Shown: positions 52,365 to 64,000 of the stretch, piece after piece
Layout of the letters: every line of letters begins with the position of its first letter
Numbering within the stretch: position 1 is the first letter of the stretch
NCBI RefSeq assembly: GCF_006345805.1
Contig: NW_021833122.1
Location: forward strand, 15,323-79,322
Length of the DNA: 64,000 nucleotides
Direction of reading: 5' to 3'
DNA from: Octopus sinensis
Lineage: Eukaryota
Position numbers and translations under genes: made by a program
Notes under the pieces: generated by a model
Database searches by the model: none
Seen by the model: only the letters and a program-made list of their open reading frames with translations
Told to the model about the DNA's origin: nothing

Positions 52365-53880
52365 CTCATGAGCAGGAAGAAACCTATAAATACCTAGGAA
52401 TAAATGAAGGCTCTGGTATCCAGCATGCAAGCATGAAAGACAAGGTTAGGAAGGAATGTTCGAGCAGTCCTGCAGTCTGAGCTGAATGCATATATAAGGT
52501 GTTGGCCATAAATTCCTTAGCAGTCCCAGTTGTTCTTTATAACTTCAATGTGCTTAACTGGAATATCAGTGAAATAATGAAAATTGACAGAAAAACCCGC
52601 AAGCTACTGACTTGTAATAAGATACACCATCCAAAGACAGACGTGGATCGTCTTTACCTTCCCAGAGCTCAGGGAGGACGAAGTTTGATCCAGCTTGAAC
52701 TTACATACAAAACCACCACAATCGGACTGGCCAAATACCTTGAAGCAACCAACGATTGGATGCTAAAACTTGTTGAAAAACATGAAAGACCTAAAAAAAC
52801 TTCACTCTATTCTCAAAGAGAGCAAAAACTTCGCTGCTGATCTCTTAGATACCCACCAGATTGAGCAGGCTGAAGGAAATGCACCAACTGCAGCTGCAAA
52901 GAAAAGAAAATTAATTGCAAAGCGCATGAAAAATTAGCTAGCAGATGGGAACAGAAACCTCTCCATGGCAAGTATGTGGCCCGTAGCAAACAAGCTGATG
53001 TCGACCAGAAACACACGCACCAATGGTTACGAAGTTCAGGGCTAAAAGTAGAGAGTGAATGTTTCATATTAGCTGCTCAAGACTAAAGCTTATTAACCCG
53101 GAACTACCAAACCAATGTGATATAAAATGGAGCTCACCCAAAAGGCCGATTCTGTAACGATGAGATTGAAAGAATAGACCACCTAATCTCAGGGTGTAGA
53201 GCCTTAGCGCCTGCAGAATATAAAGCAAGACATGAAAGAGACGGCTAGTATTTACATTGGACAATATGTCGGCATTATAAAATCAAAACCGCTGACAAAT
53301 GGTATAAACACCATCCTGAAGTTGTGACTGAGGGAGAAAATGTGTCGAGTCTATGGAACTTCCCCGTACGGACCGACAAGACTATAAAAGCTAATAAACC
53401 GGATATTATAATAAAAGATCAGACAAAAAAGATGTGTTTATTAATTGACATGAGTATTCCTTGCGATCACAATATAGCGGCGAAAGAATTTGACAAGATT
53501 ACTAAATATAAAGACTTGTTAATAGAAATTGAAAAACTGAGGCATCTCAAGGCGACTACAGTACCAGCAATTGTAGGATCTCTAGGAATGATAAAAAAAG
53601 GTACTGAAACCTATTTGAAAGTGATTCCAGGCTTGCCATCCCTACAGGAAGTGCAGAAAAGCGTATTAACTGGAACGGCTCATGTACTGAGAAGAGCATT
53701 ATCGTTGTGTAAACAACATCCATCCATGAATTTATTTATTTATTAATTTTTAAATATACATTTTATCTGTGAATTTCCGCGTGTAATCTGGGAATGCATA
53801 CAATGAGCTTCTCTGCCCTAGATGTATGGAAAACACTCGGCGAGAAACTGAAGAAAATTTGAAGAAAGAAGGTAAAACAC
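52365..53880 (+). mobile_element. R4/Dong-type LINE 3' half (post-RT, knuckle, RLE) followed by (ATA)n
   Basis: EQEETYKYLGINE, AINSLAVPVV, HHPKTDVDRLYLPRAQGGRSL, NKPDIIIKD...LIDMSIP...KYKDL. Confidence 0.9.
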
Positions 53881-53932
<52 letters not shown>

Positions 53933-53934
53933 AC

Positions 53935-54595
53935 TCAAAAGATACCAGGAACCCTTCTAATGGGTTACAGCATGTAAACCTATGGCCTATTTCCAGCCAA
54001 TGTAGGCCACTAGCCCAGAAGGAATATAAGAGACGCCACGACAATATAGCCAGGCTTGTCCATTGGACACTTTGCAACAAGTATGGAATTGACAAAGCAA
54101 AAATTGGTACGACCACAAAATTGAAGGCATCGTCGAAAATAGAAATGTAAAGATCCTGTGGAATTTTATGATTCAGTGCGACCATGAGATTGAGAATAGG
54201 AAGCCAGACATAGTCTTAATTGAGGAAGAAAAGAAACTATGCTGGATCATAGATATGACATGCCCAGCTGACAACGAGGTATACGATAAGGAAAAAGAAT
54301 AGTCGAGAGATATGACAGGTTAGCTTGGGAAGTTAAGTAGTTGTGGTCGATGAAAAAGGTAGCAGTAGGACCAATTATTGTCGGAGCTCTGGGAACAGTG
54401 AACAAAAATCTTGAGAAGTACGTGGAACAAATACGGGCTGCAATAAGGGTGGAGCACTTGCAGGAAACAGCACTGCTTGGAAGCGCTCGAATACTCCGGA
54501 AGGTGCTCGAAAACTAAGAGGTGTTACCTTAATTCACTGCTTGTGAACAGCTGAAACCGTAGTACATCTCCAGTGTTAGAAGCTGTGTAAAGGCA
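53935..54595 (+). mobile_element. R4/Dong-type LINE 3' end (different subfamily) with (AAT)n tail
   Basis: KRRHDNIARLVHWTLC, ILWNFMIQCDHEIENRKPDIVLIE. Confidence 0.8.
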
Positions 54596-54959
54596 ATAAT
54601 AATAATGATAATAATAATAATAATAATAATAATAATGTGATGCATGTGCCTGGTGTACCCTTATCAGACGGGTAGTCATGATGGGTATACTGGGCTTCGT
54701 ATATTTTACCCCAGTGTCACTTTGATGGCATGCTCTGCTCGCTCACTCAATAATAATAATAATAATAATGATGATGATGATGATGATGATGATGATGCTT
54801 CACGCAAACGAATGTAAAATGGAGGAAATTAGTTACTCAGTTTAAAACATCAAGAAACAGATTTTTCCTAAATTGTAGTTACCAAAAAGTAGCGTTAAAT
54901 ATTTATCGATTAGCCTGCGATATGACAAATCTATCCATTCGAAGAACAAGGAAGTGATA

Positions 54960-55960
54960 TCATGTAAAAATCAACGCTGAACAGGCAGACATCTCTCTCA
55001 TTGTCACCGTGAATGCTTTAAGGCCATCAAATACATCATCAAAAGCAAAGTGCGTAAAATGGATTGGAGAGGATTATAGATATGTGTTGAAAGATTTCTA
55101 TACAGCCCTGCTAAACACAAAAATTAACCTCCTTGCACAGGCAAAAGGAGCTAGGAAATCAAGGAAAATTTGAAATAATATAAACCTCCCTGCAACCAAG
55201 GAACTATTGAAACAGCGAATACCGCTGAAGGCCCTGCAGCTTAGAAAGTATGATAAAAGAATGAAATGTTATCGACAATACAGGATGCAAAGAAATTTTA
55301 TAAAACCCAGGACTAGACCGGATTCATAGATTCAAGTTGAATTTTGACAGAATTACAGCAAAAATACGTTGCATCTCTTACTGATGTTGTCCAGAACCCA
55401 GAGCAAAAACCTGCCTGGTTGACTGAAGGAACAACATACCTTGTACCAACATCTAAAGACAGAAAAATCCAAATAACTACTGATCAATAACATGTTTCAA
55501 CATCATCTAAAATAATCTTACATTTATACTAACTGAAAAGATATACGATTTCTTTGAACAGAACTCTACTTTTCCACAAGCGCAAAAAGGTTATAAAAGG
55601 AATTCTTATGGTTGCAAAGATCAATTATCCATAAATAAAATGAATGTAGAGAATTGCCGAGCAAAAAGTAAAAACCTGAGTATGGCATGGATAGACAACT
55701 GGAAGGCATTTGATAGTATCCTACATAGTTGGCAACTGAAGGCACTTCAGACATATAAGAAATCTCCTGTCATCTCCAAGCTCATATATGATAGCATGGC
55801 CAAGTGGAACACAAGTCTCGCTGTAAACCATAGTAATATTATAAGCGAATCTAACAACATCAACATCAAACTAGACATCTTTCAATGTGACTTTCTCTCC
55901 CCATTTCTCTTTTGCATGGCACCGATCGCACTCACAAACCACAGAAAAACTCAAATATAA
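54960..55960 (+). mobile_element. Degenerate R4/Dong-type RT fragment
   Basis: AWLTEGTTYLVP, NLSMAWIDNWKAFDSILHSW, DIFQCDFLSPFLFC. Confidence 0.8.
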
Positions 55961-56224
55961 CATAAAAGCCGAGGCTGAAATGATTGTAGGTCTGCTTGCT
56001 TAGAGCTGAACTGGTGCTAAATAATAAGATATGATTTCCCTAAATTACTGTAAATTTTATATTCTATGTAATAAGTAACAAACACGAACAGATATATTCT
56101 CAATGATAATAAGATAAACAGAACGATTTCATTAAAAGAAACTTGGTGCCGTAAATACAATCGTAAAATTCTCCAACTATGAAAATGTTTATTACATTCA
56201 TCACTTCTAATATATTTGTTACAG

Positions 56225-56328
56225 CGGTGGCTTTTTCAGCATCAAAACAAGCGGAGGAATCTACCTACTCCATGGATCGATAGATATTTCCATTACTTAC
56301 GAAATTCTCTATCGAATGAACATCAATG
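56225..56328 (+). CDS. Candidate exon D
   Basis: TATATTTGTTACAG|...G|GTAAGA; 104 nt, phase 2 to 1; GGFFSIKTSGGIYLLHGSIDISITYEILYRMNIN. Confidence 0.45.
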
Positions 56329-56394
56329 GTAAGAAATATATTTCCATGTTACATAAGCAAAGCATTGCATATATTTGTCTGTGTATATATAAGT

Positions 56395-56461
<67 letters not shown>

Positions 56462-56714
56462 TGTGTGCATGTATGTGAGTATGTGTGTGCGTGCGTGTCT
56501 GCGTATGAACGTATGTATGTTGTTTACACTTCCCAATTTTATTAGTATTCTTCTTAAAAGGAGGCAACTAGTTTAAAACAAAGAAAAGTGCTACCGCTGG
56601 TTTTTCGATCATATATATATTTATTAGAAATCGATCTTTAAGAATAGTCAGCTTACAGATTGTATTGGGTAAAATCCGTGTGTCTCGGTCAGTTTTTTTT
56701 AGAATATATTAGCT

Positions 56715-56930
56715 TCTCTCAATTACCACTGCGACATTTACTGACATAACCAAGAGCTCCAGTAATTATTGATATAAATGTGATTCTACAGTCAAGGTAG
56801 AGAGATAGCTGTTGCCGTAGCTGCACATAGATATTCTCCTTCTTGCTGATTTTGCAAGAGATATTTCCATCTTCAGTGCAGTTGACTAACGTCATTGTAA
56901 CGACTTTTCTTTCACGCCTCAAGTAACTAC
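56715..56930 (-). mobile_element. Degenerate RLE-domain LINE fragment
   Basis: KKENIYVQLRQQLSLY...ISIITGALGYV resembles the K..KY..L...P.I.GALG end of the Dong ORFs in this window. Confidence 0.55.
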
Positions 56931-57562
56931 GTCAGGTTTGTTATTTTGGGGCTTGGTAGAAGTTTTAAAAGAAATGCTCAACTAATATTGACTAGGGAAC
57001 CGCAAGTCGATATTTATTAATCATGTCGTGGATTGCGAATTATTTGACAGGTGCAGTTGAGTGATGTCATCCGGTATTTGAACACTGTCTGTACTGTTCA
57101 TAATCTATTGTTTTCATCTTTTTCTTGCGATAGTTTGTCAATATTCTTGTGTATATTTTATGTAAATTTGCAGCTGATATTTTATGTAAATTTGCTAGCT
57201 TTGATAACTTTGAAGCGGGTTTTCTTGTTAAACCAGCTCGGTATACCAAATGTTAATATCAGTGCATGTGTTGTATATGCACTGTTGTATATTATTTCGT
57301 TACACACTCTTTGTTTCAGTACATTCGAATATATATTTTCATTAATACCTATGTCTGTACACGTTATGTACAAAAGGGAAGCTCGGAGATAGGCCGGTGA
57401 TGCAAAAGTTCGAGAAACGGCTTTACCACTTCCACTTGTTAAATATCAATATTTATTTTGATCATCTCTGTATCAACGGAAAATGTAATTAAATAAATTT
57501 ACTTTGCAGTACACTATAGAATCCGGGCATAAATATTTCGATCGTGAACAGAATACATATAT

Positions 57563-57918
57563 ATTTCTTTATTACCCACAAGGGGCTAAACATACAGGGG
57601 TCACACAAGGACAGACAAAGGGATTAAGTCGATTACATCGACTCCAGTGCGAAACTGGTACTTTATTTATCGACCCCGGAAAGATGAAAGGCGGAATTTG
57701 AACTCAGAATGTAACACCTATTTCTTTATTACCCACAAGAGACTAAACATAGAGGGGACAAACAAAGACAGACATAGGTATTAAGTCGATTACATCGACC
57801 CCGATGCGTAACTGGTACATAATTTATCGACCCCGAAAGGATGAAAGGTAAAGTCGACCTCGGCAGAATTTGAACTCATACGTAATACCGCTAAGCATTT
57901 CGCCCGTCGCGCTAACGT
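57563..57918 (-). mobile_element. Two tandem partial copies of a third tRNA-derived SINE family
   Basis: Head GGCGGCGAGCTGGCAG...GAGTTCAAATTCTGCC and core CTTTCATCCTTTCGGGGTCGATAAAT. ATTTCTTTATTACCCACAAG is repeated at 57,563 and 57,719. Confidence 0.75.
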
Positions 57919-59189
57919 GTCTGCCAGCTCGCCGCCTTAAATAGAAGGCACACATTACTCTTTATCTTTTATTAAACTTTTAATACTTTTGATATATATT
58001 TAAAATAATATAATTAAATTAATTTTATGTATTGGCTTATGTTTTTCATTGTTTGATTTGCCTAATAGTGGTTTTATCTCTAATTTAATACAATATATAT
58101 ATATATATATTTCTAATTACTGATGTGTTTACAGTGTTATGTATTTGAGTGGGGATTTAGGAAGTATAGACTTTTTCTGTTGGCTTGCTGTATGTTTGTT
58201 TCGTGGGAGCTTTCCTTTCTTGTTTCTTGTTACATGAGTGTATGTGATGTTGTGTATAGTTTGTGTAATGTGAGTAGTGTTTTCTTTTAATTGGACTTCT
58301 AATATATATTGCATTAATTATGTTGTTGTAAGTTATCAGAGGCTAATTGAATAGGATGTGAATGCGCGCCATAGTTGAAATGTTTCTTGCAAAACAGTGT
58401 TGTGCGCCCAAGTATTGTCATTATGCAAAGTTTCATATTTTAATCATACGTAATGCACTAATTAATACTGATATTCTTTCCACCCTCATGATCCACTCCG
58501 GATATATTTGAAATTTAAGGTTTAGTACTTTGATAGCTTTTCTACTAAGTTATATTTTACTAAGCAATATTTGCTCGAGAATGTGTTGTGATATCTATCA
58601 GCGTGCCTTTGTTTCTTTCCCAGTTCTTTATCATTATGTTCGTCTTCTTATTACGCTTCGTCTTGTGGTAGTTGTTACTTTGGACAACTTTATTCCAGAT
58701 TATTGTGGCCAGGTCATTGTAATGTATTGCATTCGGTACATGCGTGAACGAGGTCTTGTATGCATTCACATCGAAGCGTTGGTATATTGCGGTTTGGTAA
58801 AGACTGGGAAACCGGGGAAAATGTAGTCAATCATTTCATAGTGCCTTTTGCATATCCTATATTTTGTGTCAGGATCCGTTTCAAGATTATATTTCAATAC
58901 GTGTTTATCTAGGAGTAGTCTTTTTGTTTCTGAGTTTAAGCAGAAAAGAAGAGATTGACACTAGCTGCAGAGTGAGAGACATTCAAAGCCAAAATAAAGA
59001 CCATAAAACTATATCGGTTTTTATGAGACATGTCTATTTGCATTTATAACTGAAGAAGTTTCATGGAATCGTTTCTGACTCCTTTTCCTATATGTATTTT
59101 CATTGCATACGTATTTTTCAAACATTTTGTATATAACCACAATCTGAAATTGAACTGTTTTAATAAAAAAAAACATTCTTTCATTTCAG

Positions 59190-59239
59190 ATACTGAGGAA
59201 AGAGTCGCAGATAGGTTGGATGTCTACGCATATTCATAA
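59190..59239 (+). CDS. Candidate terminal coding exon E
   Basis: TTCTTTCATTTCAG| acceptor; phase 1; (D)TEERVADRLDVYAYS*. Confidence 0.5.
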
Positions 59240-59418
59240 GAGGTTCTGTATTATTGCTGAAAATATGTATAGTAATACACACATACATAAATAGATACAT
59301 GTATACACGCATTCAAACTTTTATAGATGCATTCATACATTACAAAAAACCATTCGTACGTTCATATATACATACAAACGTGCATACATACATACATTCA
59401 TACATACATAGTACATAC

Positions 59419-59470
<52 letters not shown>

Positions 59471-59497
59471 ATACATACATACTTTGTAGCAAAGCAA

Positions 59498-59656
59498 CAA
59501 GAACATCACAAAAATATCACAAAAAAGAGCTACTCAGTCTTTTACGTTACCATTCGTCGGGCAATTGTGATCAAGAAAATTGATCACAACTACCCGACGA
59601 ACGGGAACGTGAAACTCTGAGTAGCTCTTTTTTGTGATATTTTTAGATGTTTTTGC
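59498..59656. repeat. ~158-bp fold-back (77-bp arms, 5-nt loop)
   Basis: The arms align in reverse complement with about 9 differences. Confidence 0.9.
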
Positions 59657-60479
59657 AGTTTTAATATTAAAGCATATTACTGTATCTTCGGTATTCCACT
59701 ACAGTTTTCTTCTCACCTCTTTTCACATTAATGTGTTTACTAAGATATATATACATATATGAATATGTGTGTGTGTGCGTTTATGTGCATATGTGTATGT
59801 ACAAATACAAACACAGTCACACATGTATCTTTAACAAAAATATTATCCACATTGATCTTGAAGTCTCTGGATTCAAAACCATCATCGGACACTGGCACAT
59901 TTGTGTTTATCTTGGCCTTATATATCTCTGATCAATTAAAATATTCTGACTAGACGTGATCCTATTGAATGAGGAGTATGTTGTAGGGTCGGTTGCAAAA
60001 CAAATATATCAAGGAATATTTTTGATATCAAATGTGTTATTGTTCACTATACTGTGATGCATGTCGAAATTTGTAATCAAGCGAGTCCTTTTAGTTTATT
60101 GGTTTCAGGTTTTGTGCCTGTGTTTCTTCAACTCATAGAGGTATGTGGTGGGTGAAAGTATTTGTTGCTCGGTGCATGTATCACTAAGGTTCATTTCCAT
60201 CTTTTTTGAAGGGGACAGGAATTCATGATTTATTTTTTACTTTCGGAAATGTGAAAGTTATAGTAAAGAGTTTAGACTATGTTCATTAACGCTTGTCAGT
60301 TTTTGAGTGTTCACAAAACAATATCAATGTGTAAAATAGTTTAATTCAGCAGGGTAAAATATACGAGGTTGTAGATTGGTTTAAGACGATCCCAAACAAA
60401 AAGAATGCCTTTCCTACAATTTTACACCAAAGATTATTACGCATCAATAACAAAACCTAAGCTCAGCATTGCCACAATT

Positions 60480-61570
60480 ACACAAGGACAATAACTACAA
60501 TAAACGACACAGAAACAAGCAAGGAAATCCCTTCTCTTCCTCAACAATGTTTTCTCGATGAAGAAAAACTTTAAAGAAACATTTGAGCTAAGTATTGACT
60601 GTAAGACGAAGTGACATCGACGGCTTTTACATATTAGCAAACTTTCAGAGAAAATTCCATTCTCTACAAGGATTACGGTCTATTCCTGCCAAGAAACTAC
60701 GGCCAACAAAAATGGATAAATTAAGGAAAGGGCTACATCAAGTATTCGGAAACCGTAGGCGTGTTCTTTGCAGTAAACACACACAAATTTAGCCATCTTC
60801 TCGACGCTACACTTGACTTAGCATCCAATGCATATAAACTTAAAAAGATTAAAAGCAAGTTCAATGTCTACGCAGGTAATCCATACACTGCTAAAAGCAT
60901 TGTTAAAAACATTGTATAGAAGATATCTCCAAGAGACGTTCGTCTTTATCCTCCATCAAAATAAGAACTCCATATAACGAAGCTCTCAATTACACTGATT
61001 GTAAGGTAAAAGTACCATATAAGAGCGCACCTATAATAAATAAAATATCATAAGAATGGAATAAAGGAAAATTATCTTCTTCAGCCTATCCATCACGAAA
61101 CCATAAGCCATTAGCCATATAATTCTTCAGAATCTTTAGAATACACTTCCCCTCTGAACAAAAGTATCACACATTGCTTTACAAAAATAACATTAGAATA
61201 TTATATTCCACGTCTATTAATTTCGAAAACATTGTAGTCAATTGCAACCACAAAATTTCTGAAGGTATAACCTAAACTCACACACATAGCAGCAACAATT
61301 GAAAATCTCTCCTGTCTTCTGATAAGAAGTGATATTGCCTATGGCTCAACTGTAGCCATGAACATGCAATGTTCGACATATATAAAGTGTACAGCAGGCC
61401 TGTTCAAGATAGGATACAACCAAAATACTATTCGCAAATCAAACGAAAAAATATCGGTATTAAACGAAATTATGTGTAAAATAATGATATGCCCGATATC
61501 ATATTTAGTCATGAATTTCGTAAACAAAACTTTGAATTTGTTTCTTCCTGCAATCACATCTTCAAAATAA
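60480..61570 (+). mobile_element. Very old Penelope-like element (same type as 19,815-20,960)
   Basis: KMDKLRKGLHQVF, LLDATLDL, RKIIFF...RIHFPSEQKYH, TYIKCTAGLFKIGY fragments in shifting frames. Confidence 0.6.
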
Positions 61571-61706
61571 TAAAGCCCTTCAAACCAATAGTTATATTCA
61601 ACCTTCTGAATATGAAAATCTCTTACGTACTTTTCTCTACCTATTTAACCACAATCTATAACTGAAGAATGAATCTAGCTTATAAGTTGTTCTAATTTTG
61701 CATATG

Positions 61707-61783
<77 letters not shown>

Positions 61784-62699
61784 TGCTCTGTATTAACATT
61801 GCGCATACAATAAATCCTTAAGAAGTTATCTCCCTAAAGCACGAGGGTTACATATTTTGAAGTAGTAACCAAATAACTACTACAACTCAGAAAGCTGCTC
61901 ATCTAACATTTACACTTACCTTCATACATTTGTGGGGCTTAAATCTCAAGATAAACAAATTTCAACTCTAACTATACCTTGAACTCGAGTTGATACTCGT
62001 TATCACAGAGTCTTCTATGTTTGACTGTTAACCTCCTCATTATAGTCTCTCTTATTGATGAGTAATAACCTTTGGTGTAAAAACCCATGGAAAGGGCATA
62101 AGCCTCATCTATTCCTCCGTATGTGTGATACTCGAGAGGCAGTACAGAGCTGCTTTTTTGTTTCCGGCGAGAATTTGTCTATGTCTTTAACCATGTTCGA
62201 AGAGATGACATGTCTGCCGAATAGGTTGTTATTGAATCTGGGTTTGTCCTCTAACAATTGACATGTGGTGAGAAATTAGCTAAACGATTCAACTTTACAC
62301 CTACATTCATCAATTTATACACTTTAAAGCACAGTTTAAACTGTTTTTCTAAAACTTCGCACATCATATCACAAGACTTACCGGTTTGATTGTTAATATT
62401 AGCGACAACAAGTAAAGAGATATGTTGAACAACTACACTTTACACCTATTTATACCTTTTTCAGAACATTTAAAAGACTACATGACCTCTTCTTTGATAT
62501 ATTTAAATGAGCACACTTAATTACGTGGAATTAGATGCTAAACTTAAGTCTCATCTATGACATTCACTTTCCGGAAACAAAAGGATAAATGGGCGATTTA
62601 TCAAAGTAAAATCGATAACTAAACAAGTCAACATTTTACAAAAGTCAACACAAGTAGTCTACAACTAAACCACATTTACTGACCTACTAATTTTTTCGC

Positions 62700-62750
62700 C
62701 GATAATGAGTGTTTATTTAAAATATCCCGTTAAATAAACACTCATTATCG
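62700..62750. repeat. Perfect 21-bp inverted repeat with 9-nt loop
   Basis: CGATAATGAGTGTTTATTTAA-aatatcccg-TTAAATAAACACTCATTATCG. Confidence 0.95.
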
Positions 62751-63097
62751 CTATGGGCTCCGTGTGGGCAGTCATCTAAAAGTTTTTGTGCATCTTGATG
62801 CTGACATACGTTCCTTGTTTTTTCTGATGAGAAGACGGCATAATGCACCCCTTATTCCTTCGAAATTAGGAATATGCAGCCTTCGAAACATATGTCGAAA
62901 ATAAAGGAATTTTGTTAATTTGTCGTTCAACTCCATTCTTTCATTTATTTGTATTAAAAAAAAACACACAAATTTCCACACGATAGCACGTGATCTCTGC
63001 CCTAGGCATGTAGCTTCAACTGTGTTTTTCTGACGTGAATTTGCTACCCAGGTATCGGTTAACCGAATTATCCATAAGATAATTCATTCAACTACTC

Positions 63098-63135
<38 letters not shown>

Positions 63136-63299
63136 TATTGTATTTTCTTTTACTTCATTTAACAATTAAACTGCAGCCATGTTGCTGCACTGCCTAGTAT
63201 AATTTTATATCGATTTTTCGACAAATGTAATTACATTGTTATAATCCTGTCACGTATGGAATTGTTTAATTTTCGGGGATGTAAACACACCAGGTGGTG

Positions 63300-63469
63300 C
63301 TATTAAGTTAGACATGGCCTGGGCCAATAATGGCCGAAACCTATCAAAGTATCAAAGTATAACACCAACATCGGTTATCAAGCGATGGTAGTGAGGGGAC
63401 AAATCAGACATATATATGCACAAACACAAACTCACACACACACGCACACACACACACACACACACACAC

Positions 63470-63519
<50 letters not shown>

Positions 63520-63660
63520 ACGGGTTCTATTCCGTTTCCGTCTACCAATCCCACTCATAATAATTTAGTTGGTCAGATTAGTTGCCCAAGGACGAGTGGG
63601 ACAGAACTTCATGCCATGTGTTTTGGAAGCATGCTTCTTGCAACGCAACCACACCTACAC
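63300..63660 (-). mobile_element. Degenerate copy of the abundant tRNA-derived SINE
   Basis: CATCGGTTATCAAGCGATG...GGGGACAAA...GACGGG...TTTCCGTCTACCAA blocks. Confidence 0.7.
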
Positions 63661-64000
63661 TTCGGATAATTTACTCACTCTATTTATAAATATAGGTGTG
63701 CGTCTTATTCCTGACGTTTGGACATTAATACAACTTACGTATATGAATGTATATATTCATGCATATATACATACCTACATACATACACACACACACATAT
63801 ATATATGATTTTTTTCAGAATGAGATAAAGAAACCAAGGCTGTGAAGATTTTAAGACATTTATGAATATGACTTACAGATGTTGCCAGGATATTTATTAT
63901 ATCCCTTCATCGGAGACGGCGTGAGAGAATAGTTAAGCAATAGATAATTTAGATAAAATACGAAATAGAGAGTGAAATGGAGGAATGAAAATGGATGTTT

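Noticed and set aside
58530-58826. 98-aa hydrophobic ORF and other 60-110-aa ORFs between 57,000 and 59,050
   Set aside because: No recognisable motif or consistent splice-phase fit; probably chance ORFs or very old repeat debris.

Overview
AT-rich, microsatellite-dense eukaryotic DNA; the SINE families and repeat make-up suggest a cephalopod (Octopus-like) genome, which is an inference. The first ~42 kb is one large inverted duplication: left arm 1-~19,020, unique spacer ~19,020-23,050, right arm ~23,050-~41,750, with the outer limit possibly outside the window. Identity between the arms is a patchwork: near-identical tracts alternate with tracts that are ~80-92% identical by eye and carry arm-specific insertions, as expected for an old palindrome under arm-to-arm gene conversion (assembly collapse is not excluded). 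Each arm carries an outward-facing exon encoding a signal peptide plus a Cys-rich PAN/Apple-like module. The right copy splices in frame (GT-AG, compatible phases) to four short downstream exons at 44,827, 46,813, 56,225 and 59,190, none of which appears as a discrete ORF in the track. The result is a candidate ~236-codon secreted protein with one in-frame TAG shared by both arms. The rest is transposon debris: R4/Dong-type RLE LINEs sitting in (TAA)n arrays (one young copy present in one arm only, one with an inverted 5' half), Penelope-like elements, RTE and CR1-like 3' ends, Tc1, mariner, Helitron, tRNA-derived SINEs, and two fold-back hairpins. No rRNA, bona fide tRNA or CRISPR array was seen. 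Coordinates and identities are manual estimates unless stated as exact.
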